From: an uncultured Gammaproteobacteria bacterium
GTDB taxonomy: Bacteria > Patescibacteriota > Patescibacteriia > Magasanikbacterales > GWA2-37-8
Reading direction: 5' to 3'
Length of the DNA: 64,000 nucleotides
Assembly (NCBI GenBank): GCA_964355175.1
Contig: CAYHBZ010000002.1
Location: forward strand, 28,426 to 92,425
Under the pieces are notes generated by a model, which searched no databases, was not told the origin of the DNA, and saw only the letters and a program-made list of their open reading frames with translations. Positions within the stretch are counted from its first letter, which is position 1. Every line of letters starts with the position of its first letter. A program made the translations under genes and the position numbers. Positions 38,007 through 47,529 of the stretch are shown here, in pieces.

Positions 38007-41000
38007 ATGCTCAATAAAATTATTCTATGGGCGATTAATCATCGCTGGTTTACCGTCATTCTTTCAGTCGGTGTTGCTTTAGTTGGAACCTGGAGTTTGT
38101 CCACGATGCGAGTAGATGTGCTTCCCGATGTGAATAAACCAACAGTAGCTATATTTGCTGAAGGGGAAGGGCTTGCACCGGAAGAGATTGAACGTCTTAT
38201 CTTAATCCCTATTGAGGCAGCTGTAGCGGGTGCGCCTGGTGTAGAACGCGTGCGCGGCACCGCTTCCTTTGGTTTGTCTATCGTGCAGGTTGAATTTGAG
38301 TGGGGATCAGATGTGTATCGTAATCGACAAATTATCCAGGAACGCCTAGCACAGCTTAACTTACCAAGCGATGTAAAGCCAGTGCTTGGGCCTGTAGCCT
38401 CAGTAATGGGTGAGATCATGTGGGCTGGTTTATCAGCCAATAACCCAAAGATTGATGGAATGCAACTCCGCACACTTGCTGATTGGACTATTCGACCTGC
38501 GCTCCTTCGCGTTCCTGGTGTTTCCGATGTCATTATATTAGGCGGTGATGTACGGGAGTGGCAGATTAATCTCAATGCCGAGCGAATGCGGCGCTATAAT
38601 ATTACGATTGATCAGGTGGTAGAGCACGTGGCGGGTGCGCTTAAAAATCGAGGTGGTGGTATTTTGGTGCAAGGACAGCAGGAATATCCTATTCGGATTT
38701 TAGTTGCACCAAGTAACATCAATGAAATTAAAGAAATTGGTATTGGTAAACTTGATGAAAAACCGGTACGGTTGGCAGATATTGCCCAAGTGGTTGAGGG
38801 CGCAAGCCCTGTTCGTGGTAGTGCGACTATAGATGGCAAGCCCGGAGTTATCCTGCGTATTGTTAAGCAGCCAGAGGCTGAAACATTGACCGTTACTAAA
38901 GCTGTAGATGAGGCCTTAATCACCTTGCAAAAAACCTTGCCGGAAGGAACTGAACTAAAAAATGATCTTTTCCGACAGGAATGGTTTATACATGCTGGCT
39001 TGAGTAACGTAATGGAAGCGTTGCGTGATGGCACAATTCTTGTAATTATCATTCTGGCTCTCTTCTTGATGAACGTGCGTACGACCGTGATTACCTTGAC
39101 GGCCATTCCGATGAGTATCTTGGTTACCGCAATAGTCTTCAAATCGTTTGGATTTTCGGTGAACGTCATGACGCTTGGTGGCATTGCGGTAGCAATTGGC
39201 GAACTGGTTGACGACGCAATTGTGGATGTGGAAAATGTGTTCCACCGTATGAAAGATTGGATAAAGAATGGTCGGAAAGAACCATTCAAGGATGTGGTTT
39301 TTCGCGCTTCGAGTGAAGTGCGAAATTCAATTGTCTATGCTACTATTTTGGTTGCGATTGTTTTCCTTCCTGTCTTTTTCATACCTGGAGTAGAAGGACG
39401 ACTGCTTGCTCCACTTGGACTTGCATACCTTATCTCACTGGTTGCTTCACTGGCCGTGTCCTTAACCTTAACGCCCGCTCTCTGTACTATTCTCCTCGGA
39501 AAAACTACAGCAGGAAAAGACGAAGATACTCGTTTGGTGCAGTGGATTAAACGGCGTATGACCCCGGGCATTCGATGGAGTATTGCCAATCCAAAGCTTA
39601 TGATGGCGGGTGTCGCAGTGAGCTTAATCATCGCGGGTGGCCTCTACTCCTTTGCTGGCAAAGAGGGTATTCCGCCGTTTAATGAGGGCGCTGTTACTAT
39701 CGGGGTCGTCATGCCGGTTGGCACTGATCTTGAAACCTCTAATGCTTTTGCTTCAAAAGTTGAAGATGCTATTGGCAAAATTTCTGGAGTACAACGTGTG
39801 AGCCACTCAACCGGCCGTGCTGGTGCCGATCCGCACGATAGCGGAGCTAATACCAGTGAAATCCAAGTTGCCTTTAAGCCAGGGCTTGAAAAAGAGCGAA
39901 AGCGTCTCTTTGCCGATATCCAAAAAGTACTTGATAGCTATACCGATGCTGATTTTGGCTTAGGGCAACCAATTACTCACAAACTTGAAGAATTACTCTC
40001 TGGCGTTCGTGCCCCCATAGTGGTTAAAGTCTTTGGAGATGATTTGGTTTCTTTACGGCTTGCTGCAGCACAAGTGAGAGATGAGTTAGCGAAACAGGCA
40101 GGAGTTACCAATGCTCAAGTACAACGTGAAGTAATGGTTCCTGAATTCCGTATTTATCCCAATCGCAACCGATTAGCACAACTTGGTCTTTCAAGTGGTG
40201 AAACAGCGGAAGTGCTGGAAAAAGGTTTGCTTGGTGCGCAAGTTGGTCAAGTGCAACTTGGATCATCCCGTGTTGATGTGGTAGCTCGTTTTGATATTAC
40301 TTCACGCGGTAATGCTTCTGCCCTCCGCGATTTGGCATTGCCTGTAGAAGGCATTGAGTCGCTTGGCGAAGCAGCTGACATACGTTTGGAAGCTGGTCGT
40401 AATCGTTTAAGTCATGAAGGCGGGAGACGTGTATTAGTGGTAAGCGCCAATTACCAAGGAAAAGATATTGTGGGAGCGGTCGAAAATGCAAAACAATCAC
40501 TCGAATCACAACAACTGCCTTCCGATGTTTCGCTCTCATATGAAGGAACTTACAAAAGCCAAAAAGAAAACAGCCAACGCCTCATCATCCTATTTATTAT
40601 TGGGCTTGGCCTTATCTTCGGCGTGCTCTACCACGCCTTCCGCTCAACACCGATTATCTTACAGATCATGATCAATATTCCTACGGCATTTATTGGCGGT
40701 ATGATTGGAGTATGGCTTACGGGTGGTGTGGTAAGTTTGGCACATATGATCGGTTTTATCTCGTTAGCAGGTATTGTTTCACGCAACGGTATTATGCTTA
40801 TAACACACTGTTTACACTTGGTGAAGCAAGAAAAACTACCGTTTGTGCCAGATACTATTATTAAAGGGACACTTGATCGTGTAGTGCCCGTACTCATGAC
40901 TGCGCTCACTGCGCTCTTAGCACTCATTCCTTTCTTGCTAGCTGGTGAAGACCCCGGTAAAGAGATGTTGCATCCATTAGCAGTAGTTATTTTTGGTGGA

Positions 41001-41096
41001 TTAACTTCTTCAACAATCATTTCACTGTTCTTGACCCCATCGTTGTTCTATCGGTTTGGTAAGAATGTAGTTAGTGCTGATTCTGAAGTAATATAA
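38007..41096 (+). CDS. cusA: heavy-metal efflux RND transporter, CusA/CzcA family
   Basis: 1029 aa, 12 TM. HME-RND signature AIGELVDDAIVDVENV in TM4. Two large periplasmic loops. Follows the adaptor with a 9-bp gap. Confidence 0.9.
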   Translation: MLNKIILWAINHRWFTVILSVGVALVGTWSLSTMRVDVLPDVNKPTVAIFAEGEGLAPEEIERLILIPIEAAVAGAPGVERVRGTASFGLSIVQVEFEWGSDVYRNRQIIQERLAQLNLPSDVKPVLGPVASVMGEIMWAGLSANNPKIDGMQLRTLADWTIRPALLRVPGVSDVIILGGDVREWQINLNAERMRRYNITIDQVVEHVAGALKNRGGGILVQGQQEYPIRILVAPSNINEIKEIGIGKLDEKPVRLADIAQVVEGASPVRGSATIDGKPGVILRIVKQPEAETLTVTKAVDEALITLQKTLPEGTELKNDLFRQEWFIHAGLSNVMEALRDGTILVIIILALFLMNVRTTVITLTAIPMSILVTAIVFKSFGFSVNVMTLGGIAVAIGELVDDAIVDVENVFHRMKDWIKNGRKEPFKDVVFRASSEVRNSIVYATILVAIVFLPVFFIPGVEGRLLAPLGLAYLISLVASLAVSLTLTPALCTILLGKTTAGKDEDTRLVQWIKRRMTPGIRWSIANPKLMMAGVAVSLIIAGGLYSFAGKEGIPPFNEGAVTIGVVMPVGTDLETSNAFASKVEDAIGKISGVQRVSHSTGRAGADPHDSGANTSEIQVAFKPGLEKERKRLFADIQKVLDSYTDADFGLGQPITHKLEELLSGVRAPIVVKVFGDDLVSLRLAAAQVRDELAKQAGVTNAQVQREVMVPEFRIYPNRNRLAQLGLSSGETAEVLEKGLLGAQVGQVQLGSSRVDVVARFDITSRGNASALRDLALPVEGIESLGEAADIRLEAGRNRLSHEGGRRVLVVSANYQGKDIVGAVENAKQSLESQQLPSDVSLSYEGTYKSQKENSQRLIILFIIGLGLIFGVLYHAFRSTPIILQIMINIPTAFIGGMIGVWLTGGVVSLAHMIGFISLAGIVSRNGIMLITHCLHLVKQEKLPFVPDTIIKGTLDRVVPVLMTALTALLALIPFLLAGEDPGKEMLHPLAVVIFGGLTSSTIISLFLTPSLFYRFGKNVVSADSEVI

Positions 41097-41256
41097 TTAA
41101 GTATGAATAGTCCCCGGTGGAATAACCCCGGGGACTTTTCTATGCAAATTGACAAATGCCTTAAAATAAGGCAATCTCGGTGCGAACTTGGTCTACGACA
41201 CACCGCATTAAAATTACCTTGAAAATTGAAGGTAATTTTGTTATATTACTGCTATT

Positions 41257-42288
41257 ATGTCTATAATAAATAAAATTGAGATGCGGGAGGTACTGTCAGT
41301 TCTAGTCCTTTATGGACTTAATTTAGATAATTTAAAAATTGTCAGGGATACCAATGGTTTTGTAAACAAAATATATTTTATTACTATCGGGAAAACAAAA
41401 TTGGTTTTGCGTAAATCCAATCCAACCACTTCTTTGGCACATATTAAATTGGAAGTGAAACTGTTGGAGTACCTAGCTTCCCATCATTTTGCCGCCACCC
41501 CTCAAATCGTTCGCAACTTAAATGGAGAAGATATAACTGTGTATAACAAAGTTTTTTTTACGGTGCAAACTTTTATGCCCGGTAGCATCAAGGCTAGTTG
41601 GAATAATCTAAAAGGTTTTACTCCTAAGAGAATTGAGAATTTTTTTAAAACAATTGCGTCTTTTGGCATAGCGGTGGAAAAATTTTCTCGTTTAAATAGT
41701 GTGGCCAATAAGCCCTTATGGTATTTTGTAAAAAATGGGCCAACCTTACTTCGTAAATTATACAAAAGTTTGCCGGAATCGACCGCTAAAAAATTAATTT
41801 TAAAAAATTATCAAGATATTTTAAGATTTATTGCGCAGACACGTAAAGAATTCATACAAACAGATTATGACTCCTTGCCAAAACAATTAGTGCATTTTGA
41901 TTTTCACCCCGGTAATGTGAATTATGTTAATAATAAAGTAGTAGCTCTATTTGATTTTGATTGGGCGCGCCATGACTCTCGGTTTAGTGATTTGGCTTCT
42001 GGAATTGGGCAATCGTGCTATTATTATGGCGGTAAACTAGGAGGTCAATTTAGAAAAGATAGGATAAAGCTTGCTTTAAGTAGTTATCAAAAGGCATATG
42101 GTGAAAGCCCTTTTAGCGTTAAAAAAGAGAATGAGTATATCAAAGTGGCATTAAGAGGATATGCGATCTATATATTTTTTTGGGCTGTAGAGCTGTATGA
42201 AGAAAATCCAACTGGAGAAAATTTCTTGGTGTTGGATCATTTTCTTAAAATATTGCTCTTGAATGATTATGATCGATTGTTTAACTAG
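41257..42288 (+). CDS. APH/choline-kinase-family phosphotransferase
   Basis: Brenner motif HFDFHPGNV and DFDWA (DFG-like). About 340 aa. Confidence 0.65.
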   Translation: MSIINKIEMREVLSVLVLYGLNLDNLKIVRDTNGFVNKIYFITIGKTKLVLRKSNPTTSLAHIKLEVKLLEYLASHHFAATPQIVRNLNGEDITVYNKVFFTVQTFMPGSIKASWNNLKGFTPKRIENFFKTIASFGIAVEKFSRLNSVANKPLWYFVKNGPTLLRKLYKSLPESTAKKLILKNYQDILRFIAQTRKEFIQTDYDSLPKQLVHFDFHPGNVNYVNNKVVALFDFDWARHDSRFSDLASGIGQSCYYYGGKLGGQFRKDRIKLALSSYQKAYGESPFSVKKENEYIKVALRGYAIYIFFWAVELYEENPTGENFLVLDHFLKILLLNDYDRLFN

Positions 42289-42395
42289 AAAAAATTATTT
42301 TTAAATCTCTTCATTTTCTGCATACAGTTCCATCTACCTAAACTTGCCAATACTGTGGACAAATCCAGGTTTTTTATATATGATGTCCTTATCTT

Positions 42396-42495
42396 GGAGA
42401 GGTGTCTGAGTGGTTGAAAGTGCCGCTCTCGAAAAGCGGTAGGCCAGCGATGGTCTCGTGGGTTCGACTCCCACCCTCTCCGCCAAGCCAAAAAC
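42396..42495 (+). tRNA. tRNA-Ser (anticodon CGA), CCA encoded
   Basis: GGAGAGG acceptor. Anticodon loop CTCGAAA. Long variable arm. T-loop GTTCGACTC. 3' CCA present. Confidence 0.85.
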
Positions 42496-42638
42496 TCCTT
42501 TTTAATTAAGGAGTTTTTTTGTTTTAGTTTTTGTGGTATAATTAAATTATTAATTTAATTAATATATTCATATGGCCAAAGGAAACAATTCCCAAAAGAA
42601 AGAAAAAAAGAAACCAAAAAAGAACAAAAAATAATTTT

Positions 42639-42669
42639 GCAAAGTCCACCTTCAGGGGTGGATTTTTGT
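42639..42669 (+). terminator. rho-independent terminator
   Basis: TCCACC-ttcagg-GGTGGA hairpin followed by TTTTTGTTTTT. Confidence 0.5.
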
Positions 42670-42722
42670 TTTTAGTTGTTTTAGGCTTTTTTATGTTATA
42701 ATAATAAAAATAATATTTCATT

Positions 42723-43202
42723 ATGTTTAAATTTATCAAAGCAATATTTGGTCTAATCTTAATTTTGTTAGTAGTTTCTTTTTTGAGAACCTGGCAGGTG
42801 GAACATTCGGCCAACCAGGCGATATTTTTTGCGGGCCAATCGCCGAAGCTTGCTCCGGATGGATTGTATAAAGGGACGGTGGATGGTCGCAAGGTTTCCT
42901 GGCAAGGAAAAAAGTTTAATGCTACCAATCACTCCGGTATAAATATTTTTGAAAACGCGCAAGGCAATGAAGTCGAAAAATATCCGTTTGTTACGGCCTA
43001 TGGCCCTGGTTTGCGTGACAAAAATTTGGAAGTTTTTAAAATTGATTATGATATCGCCGGTAATCCTTTTTGGTTACGCTCTATCTTGGATGAAATTGTG
43101 CAAATAAGCCCGACTGAGTATCTGGGCAAAGTCCATGTGCGGATAATACCAGGACTGCCATTTACCTATGGGTTTTTTAAATTGTCTTCGCCGAATAAAT
43201 AG
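42723..43202 (+). CDS. hypothetical protein with N-terminal TM/signal anchor
   Basis: 159-aa ORF. Hydrophobic N-terminus, then a soluble domain. Confidence 0.4.
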   Translation: MFKFIKAIFGLILILLVVSFLRTWQVEHSANQAIFFAGQSPKLAPDGLYKGTVDGRKVSWQGKKFNATNHSGINIFENAQGNEVEKYPFVTAYGPGLRDKNLEVFKIDYDIAGNPFWLRSILDEIVQISPTEYLGKVHVRIIPGLPFTYGFFKLSSPNK

Positions 43203-43281
43203 TGTTCAATCATAAAAAACAGCCTGTTCAAAGGGCTGTTTTTATTATATAATAAATTGGATTAAATCCTTTATTTACCGT

Positions 43282-43722
43282 ATGACTATACAGTCCATAG
43301 ATGTTAAATTTATTAATTTTGCCAAGGAGATTTCAATGCCGTTCGCGCGCTTTTCTATATTTATAGTATTTTTTTGGTTTGGAATTTTGAAGGTCTTGGG
43401 ATTTAGCCCGGCTTCCGGTTTGGTGAAGGATTTATTGTCGCGCACTATTCCATTTGTCCAACCTGATCAGTTTGTGGTAGGGTTTGGTTTTTTTGAAATG
43501 ATTATTGGTGTATTATTTCTTATCAAGGGACTGGAAAGATTGGTAATCCCGATGCTTTTGGCGCATATGATGACTACTGTGATGCCGTTATTTTTATTAT
43601 CGTCTCAGACCTGGTCGCAATTTTTGGTGCCAACCTTGGAGGGGCAATATATTATAAAAAATATGGTAATTATTGCTGTCTCAATTGGTATCGCCGCCCA
43701 CCTGCACCCATTGAAAAAATAA
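43282..43722 (+). CDS. hypothetical integral membrane protein
   Basis: Four predicted TM helices. Small (146 aa). Confidence 0.4.
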   Translation: MTIQSIDVKFINFAKEISMPFARFSIFIVFFWFGILKVLGFSPASGLVKDLLSRTIPFVQPDQFVVGFGFFEMIIGVLFLIKGLERLVIPMLLAHMMTTVMPLFLLSSQTWSQFLVPTLEGQYIIKNMVIIAVSIGIAAHLHPLKK

Positions 43723-43732
43723 TTTTTCGATT

Positions 43733-44623
43733 ATGTCTTGGATATTTTTAGTGCTGGCTTCTCATTTTTCTTGGGCGATAGAAAATGTTTATACGAAAGT
43801 AGTGATTGGATCAAAAGTAAAAAATCCTTATGTTTTTCTGATCTTAATAATGGTTTTGAGTGTGATATCTCTTCCGTTTATCCCTCATCGTTATATTTTT
43901 ATACCTACTACTCCACTCATAGGGTGGCTGTTGTTGGCCAGCGCGCTTTATACTCTAGGGACACTTCCTTATATTAAGGCTATGAAAATAGAAGAAGTGA
44001 CGCGTCTTAATATATTATGGAACACGATTCCAATTTTTACTTTAATATTGGGATGGCTTTTAATTGGGGACAAGATTTCCGGACGAGAGCTAGTGGCAAT
44101 GTTGTTTTTGATCAGTGGTGCGGTGGTAGCATCGTTAAAAAATGAAGCCTCCTCTTTTAAATTGTCCAAAGCTTTTTGGCTCATGATTGTCGCTTGTATT
44201 TTGTATTCTGCTTATGCAGTGGTAATCCGTTTTCTTACCAAAGAATTAAGTTTTTATTCGATTTTTTTCTGGGTAACATTACTGAATGCTCTGATGGTAT
44301 TGGTTTGTTTGGGTTATCGCGAGGTGCGTAATGATTTGGTGAAAGATGTTAAGAATGGTTCCGTAAAGTTTTTTTTGATATTTTTGGCAGTGGTGGCTAT
44401 AACCAATGTCGGCACTTTATTCAACCAATGGGCGCTATCCCTAAAACCAGGGTCACTGGTTTATTCATTTGAAGGTTTTCAAGTGTTGTTTGTATTCCTT
44501 TTATCGCTTGTAGCCGCCAAAATATTTCCTGGATTTATTGCCGAATCTTTGGATAAGAAAAATTTGATTATAAAATTGACCGCTTTTTTGATAGTGATGG
44601 TTGGTTTAATTTTGTTGACATAG
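43733..44623 (+). CDS. EamA/DMT-family transporter
   Basis: Ten TM helices arranged as two EamA repeats. Confidence 0.65.
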   Translation: MSWIFLVLASHFSWAIENVYTKVVIGSKVKNPYVFLILIMVLSVISLPFIPHRYIFIPTTPLIGWLLLASALYTLGTLPYIKAMKIEEVTRLNILWNTIPIFTLILGWLLIGDKISGRELVAMLFLISGAVVASLKNEASSFKLSKAFWLMIVACILYSAYAVVIRFLTKELSFYSIFFWVTLLNALMVLVCLGYREVRNDLVKDVKNGSVKFFLIFLAVVAITNVGTLFNQWALSLKPGSLVYSFEGFQVLFVFLLSLVAAKIFPGFIAESLDKKNLIIKLTAFLIVMVGLILLT

Positions 44624-44627
44624 TTGT

Positions 44628-45179
44628 GTGCAGATAGTTATTGATAATTACAAAATAGATTATACTTTTAAGCGTTTGCGTCGGTCGCGTTCTTTGCGCA
44701 TCTCCGTGAGAAGAGATGGTAAGGTTGCTGTGACCGCCCCGCTGTTTGTTTCGGCCAAGCAAGCGGAAAAGTTTTTATCGCATAATGCGAATTGGGTTTT
44801 GGAAAAATTGAGACAACATGCAGATAAAGCTGAGAAAAGTATTTTTCCTTCTGGCAATAAAGATTTTTTGCTCAATAAAAGTAAGGCTTTGCATTTGGTG
44901 CGCGATAAAATCGCCGAGCTCAACGCCGTGTATGGTTTTAAACACGGCAAGGTAAGTATAAAAAATATGAGCAGTCGCTGGGGCAGTTGTTCCAAACAGG
45001 GAAATTTGAATTTTAATTATAAAATGATATACTTGTCCAATGAGTTGGCGGAGTATATTGTGGCGCATGAGCTGTCACATTTATCCCAGATGAATCACGG
45101 CCGGAATTTTTGGAAATTGGTGGCGCGTACGATTCCGCATTGGCAAATTTTAAGAAAACAATTAAAAAATATTAATTAA
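44628..45179 (+). CDS. YgjP-like (DUF45/M48-like) zinc metallohydrolase
   Basis: HELSHL zinc motif in YIVAHELSHLSQMNHGRNF. Overall family pattern. Confidence 0.7.
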   Translation: MQIVIDNYKIDYTFKRLRRSRSLRISVRRDGKVAVTAPLFVSAKQAEKFLSHNANWVLEKLRQHADKAEKSIFPSGNKDFLLNKSKALHLVRDKIAELNAVYGFKHGKVSIKNMSSRWGSCSKQGNLNFNYKMIYLSNELAEYIVAHELSHLSQMNHGRNFWKLVARTIPHWQILRKQLKNIN

Positions 45180-45185
45180 TTTTTT

Positions 45186-45899
45186 ATGGAAAAGAAATTT
45201 TTGATAATACCGGTAATGTTGTTGGTGTCACCTTTTTTGGCCGGCTGTGGCGCCAAAATAGAAACAAAAAATCCAGATAAACCGGAGCAGAGCCAGGTCT
45301 TGAATTATGCTACGAGTACTGGTAATATGCTAGAAGCCAACACTGGCCAGGCAGTAGCTAATAAAACTATTACTTCCACTAATAATTTAAATAAGAAAAA
45401 AACTATGGAAAATTTTGATGAGAAAAAGCAATATTTGGCCGAGGTCCACACTAGTAACGGTGACTTTACCATTACTTTTAATTTAGGTCAGACACCAAAG
45501 ACAGTAGAAAATTTTGTTACTTTGGCGCGTAAAGGATTTTATGACAAGACTGTTTTTCATCGTGTGATTAAGGGTTTTATGATCCAAGGCGGCGATCCAT
45601 TGGGTAATGGCACTGGTGGCCCGGGATACAAATTTGCCGATGAAAAATTTGATGGAGAATATACTCGCGGTACAGTAGCGATGGCAAATTCCGGTCCAAA
45701 CACCAACGGCAGTCAATTCTTTGTTATGCATGCCGATTATCCCCTGCCTCCAAACTATGTAATTTTTGGAAAAGTCACTAGCGGTATGGATGCGGTAGAT
45801 AAAATTGCTGAAAGTCAGGTAAAACCAGGAATGTTTGGAGAAGCCTCTACACCGGTGAATCCAACTGTGATAATGTCTGTTGAAATTAAGGAAGAATAA
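45186..45899 (+). CDS. ppiB: cyclophilin-type peptidyl-prolyl cis-trans isomerase, lipoprotein
   Basis: Lipobox LAGCGA. Cyclophilin core FHRVIKGFMIQGGDP...GTVAMANSGPNTNGSQFF. Confidence 0.85.
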   Translation: MEKKFLIIPVMLLVSPFLAGCGAKIETKNPDKPEQSQVLNYATSTGNMLEANTGQAVANKTITSTNNLNKKKTMENFDEKKQYLAEVHTSNGDFTITFNLGQTPKTVENFVTLARKGFYDKTVFHRVIKGFMIQGGDPLGNGTGGPGYKFADEKFDGEYTRGTVAMANSGPNTNGSQFFVMHADYPLPPNYVIFGKVTSGMDAVDKIAESQVKPGMFGEASTPVNPTVIMSVEIKEE

Positions 45900-46097
45900 A
45901 AATAATTAAAAACAAAAACACCCTATAATTTTTACCTGATAAAAGTTCGCATAATTGGCTATAAATTTTCGTTATGGCCCTAAGGGTAGGGCCATTGTCC
46001 CGACTCTGTCGGGACACCACTCAAATTTACTTACGCCAATTAGGGGCTCACTTTTATGTGGTAAAAATTATAGGGTGTTTTTGTTTTTAATTATTTT
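45899..46097. repeat. structured ~195-bp palindrome-flanked element, copy A (core identical to copy B at 62105-62298)
   Basis: Outer perfect inverted repeat ttaaaaacaaaaacaccctataattttt / aaaattatagggtgtttttgtttttaa. It encloses a ~140-nt core with internal hairpins (GGCCCT-aagggt-AGGGCC; GTCCCGAC-tct-GTCGGGAC). Lies between convergent ppiB and rmuC. Confidence 0.75.
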
Positions 46098-46108
46098 GTA
46101 ACTACCAA

Positions 46109-47182
46109 TTATTCTTCTAAAACAGGTTTCTCTATATAGAGAGGTTCAATTTTTTTCTCGGCACCTACTATTCTCACTACATCTTTATCAATCTTATTAA
46201 ATTCTTTGTAGACAGTGTTGTAGCTATTTACCGTGGTAGATAAATTAGCGCCAAGTTTTTTTAGGTATTCATCATAAGCCAGTAAATGTTTGTTGAGCTC
46301 CTCTACTCTCTGTCGAATTTCTTTGGCCGACTCCTCTATTTGCATAGCGCGCAAGCCTTGAAGCACTGTTTGTAGGTAGGCCAAGAAAGAAGTTGGTGAA
46401 ACAATTACCACGTGTTTTTCTTTAAAAGCGTATTCAATCAGATCTTGAGTGTTGGTTTTGAGCGTGCCGACTTGATTCACCAAGAGATCATAATAAATTC
46501 CTTCGGAAGGTATAAACATGAAGGCGAAGTCCATAGTGCCTTCTTTTGGTTTGATATATTTACTGGTTTCATTGATGCGATTTTTTAGATCCGCTTTAAA
46601 TAGCGCCTCTAGTTCCAATTTTCTTTGTGGATCTTTTTCGCTCACGGCACGGTTGTAATTTTCTAAACTAAACTTGGAGTCAATTGGTATGACTTTCTCT
46701 TTTACAAAAACTACAGCGTCCACGATATCTCCATTTTCAAATTTATATTGCATTTGGTAGCTGCCTGGAGGTAAAACATTTTTTAAAACATTTTCCAGAT
46801 AGTACTCCCCTAGTATGCCACGGTGTTTTGGATTCTGTAAGATATTTTCCAGATCCTGAAGTTGGTCGGCAAATCCCATGATTTGTTTGTTAGTTTCATC
46901 CAGCTTGGTAAGTTTTTCCGTCACTTCGGCAATTATCTTGGCGCTCTGACCAAATTGTCCTTGGATGGCCTGGTGCATGTTGGTCTGATGGACGTTCATT
47001 GCCTGATGATTGTCACCTATTTTCTTTTCCATCTGACGGCCAAGATCCTGAATTTGGCTCTGGAGCAAAACAAACAGGTTTTCATCCCCTTTTGGTTTCT
47101 GTAATTCTTTTAGCTTATTATATAGGAAGAGCAAGGCGGTAAATAAGGCCATTGCGACGATGATTAATATAATATTTGTCAT
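46109..47182 (-). CDS. rmuC: DNA recombination protein RmuC
   Basis: N-terminal TM, long coiled coil, C-terminal RmuC nuclease-like domain. Confidence 0.75.
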   Translation of the reverse strand: MTNIILIIVAMALFTALLFLYNKLKELQKPKGDENLFVLLQSQIQDLGRQMEKKIGDNHQAMNVHQTNMHQAIQGQFGQSAKIIAEVTEKLTKLDETNKQIMGFADQLQDLENILQNPKHRGILGEYYLENVLKNVLPPGSYQMQYKFENGDIVDAVVFVKEKVIPIDSKFSLENYNRAVSEKDPQRKLELEALFKADLKNRINETSKYIKPKEGTMDFAFMFIPSEGIYYDLLVNQVGTLKTNTQDLIEYAFKEKHVVIVSPTSFLAYLQTVLQGLRAMQIEESAKEIRQRVEELNKHLLAYDEYLKKLGANLSTTVNSYNTVYKEFNKIDKDVVRIVGAEKKIEPLYIEKPVLEE

Positions 47183-47281
47183 ATCATTTATTTAGTGGTG
47201 GTATAGTAGCATTATTATAATACTTTGTCATTATTCTTGCCAAAACCCAAAAGGTGCTGTAGAATAAGCCTATTATTTCTC

Positions 47282-47353
47282 GCCCCCATAGTTCAATGGA
47301 TAGAACAGGCCCGTCCTAAGGGCAAAATGTGTGTTCGATTCATGCTGGGGGCA
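47282..47353 (+). tRNA. tRNA-Arg (anticodon CCT)
   Basis: Acceptor GCCCCCA/TGGGGGC. Anticodon loop GTCCTAA. T-loop TTCGATT. No CCA. Confidence 0.7.
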
Positions 47354-47529
47354 CAAAAGTGGTCCCAGCATGAATCGAACAAAGGGGTGGTGGGGAAAGT
47401 ATTTCCCCACATTGCTGAGGAAAGCCCATGAAAACCAGAAGGTTTTCATGAAAGGAGTGCAACGACGCGTGACATTCTGCTGGGGGCACAATTAAGGAGC
47501 GAAGCGAGGGTGATATGGCGTATATAAAT

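Noticed and set aside
42285-42491. 68-aa minus-strand ORF (MAWRRGWESNPRDHRW...)
   Set aside because: It is the antisense strand of tRNA-Ser(CGA). The ESNPR peptide is the typical artefact of translating a tRNA T-arm.
47225-47491. Two overlapping ORFs (plus 47225-47431, minus 47273-47491)
   Set aside because: They cover tRNA-Arg and the hairpin/tRNA-fragment region. They are non-coding.
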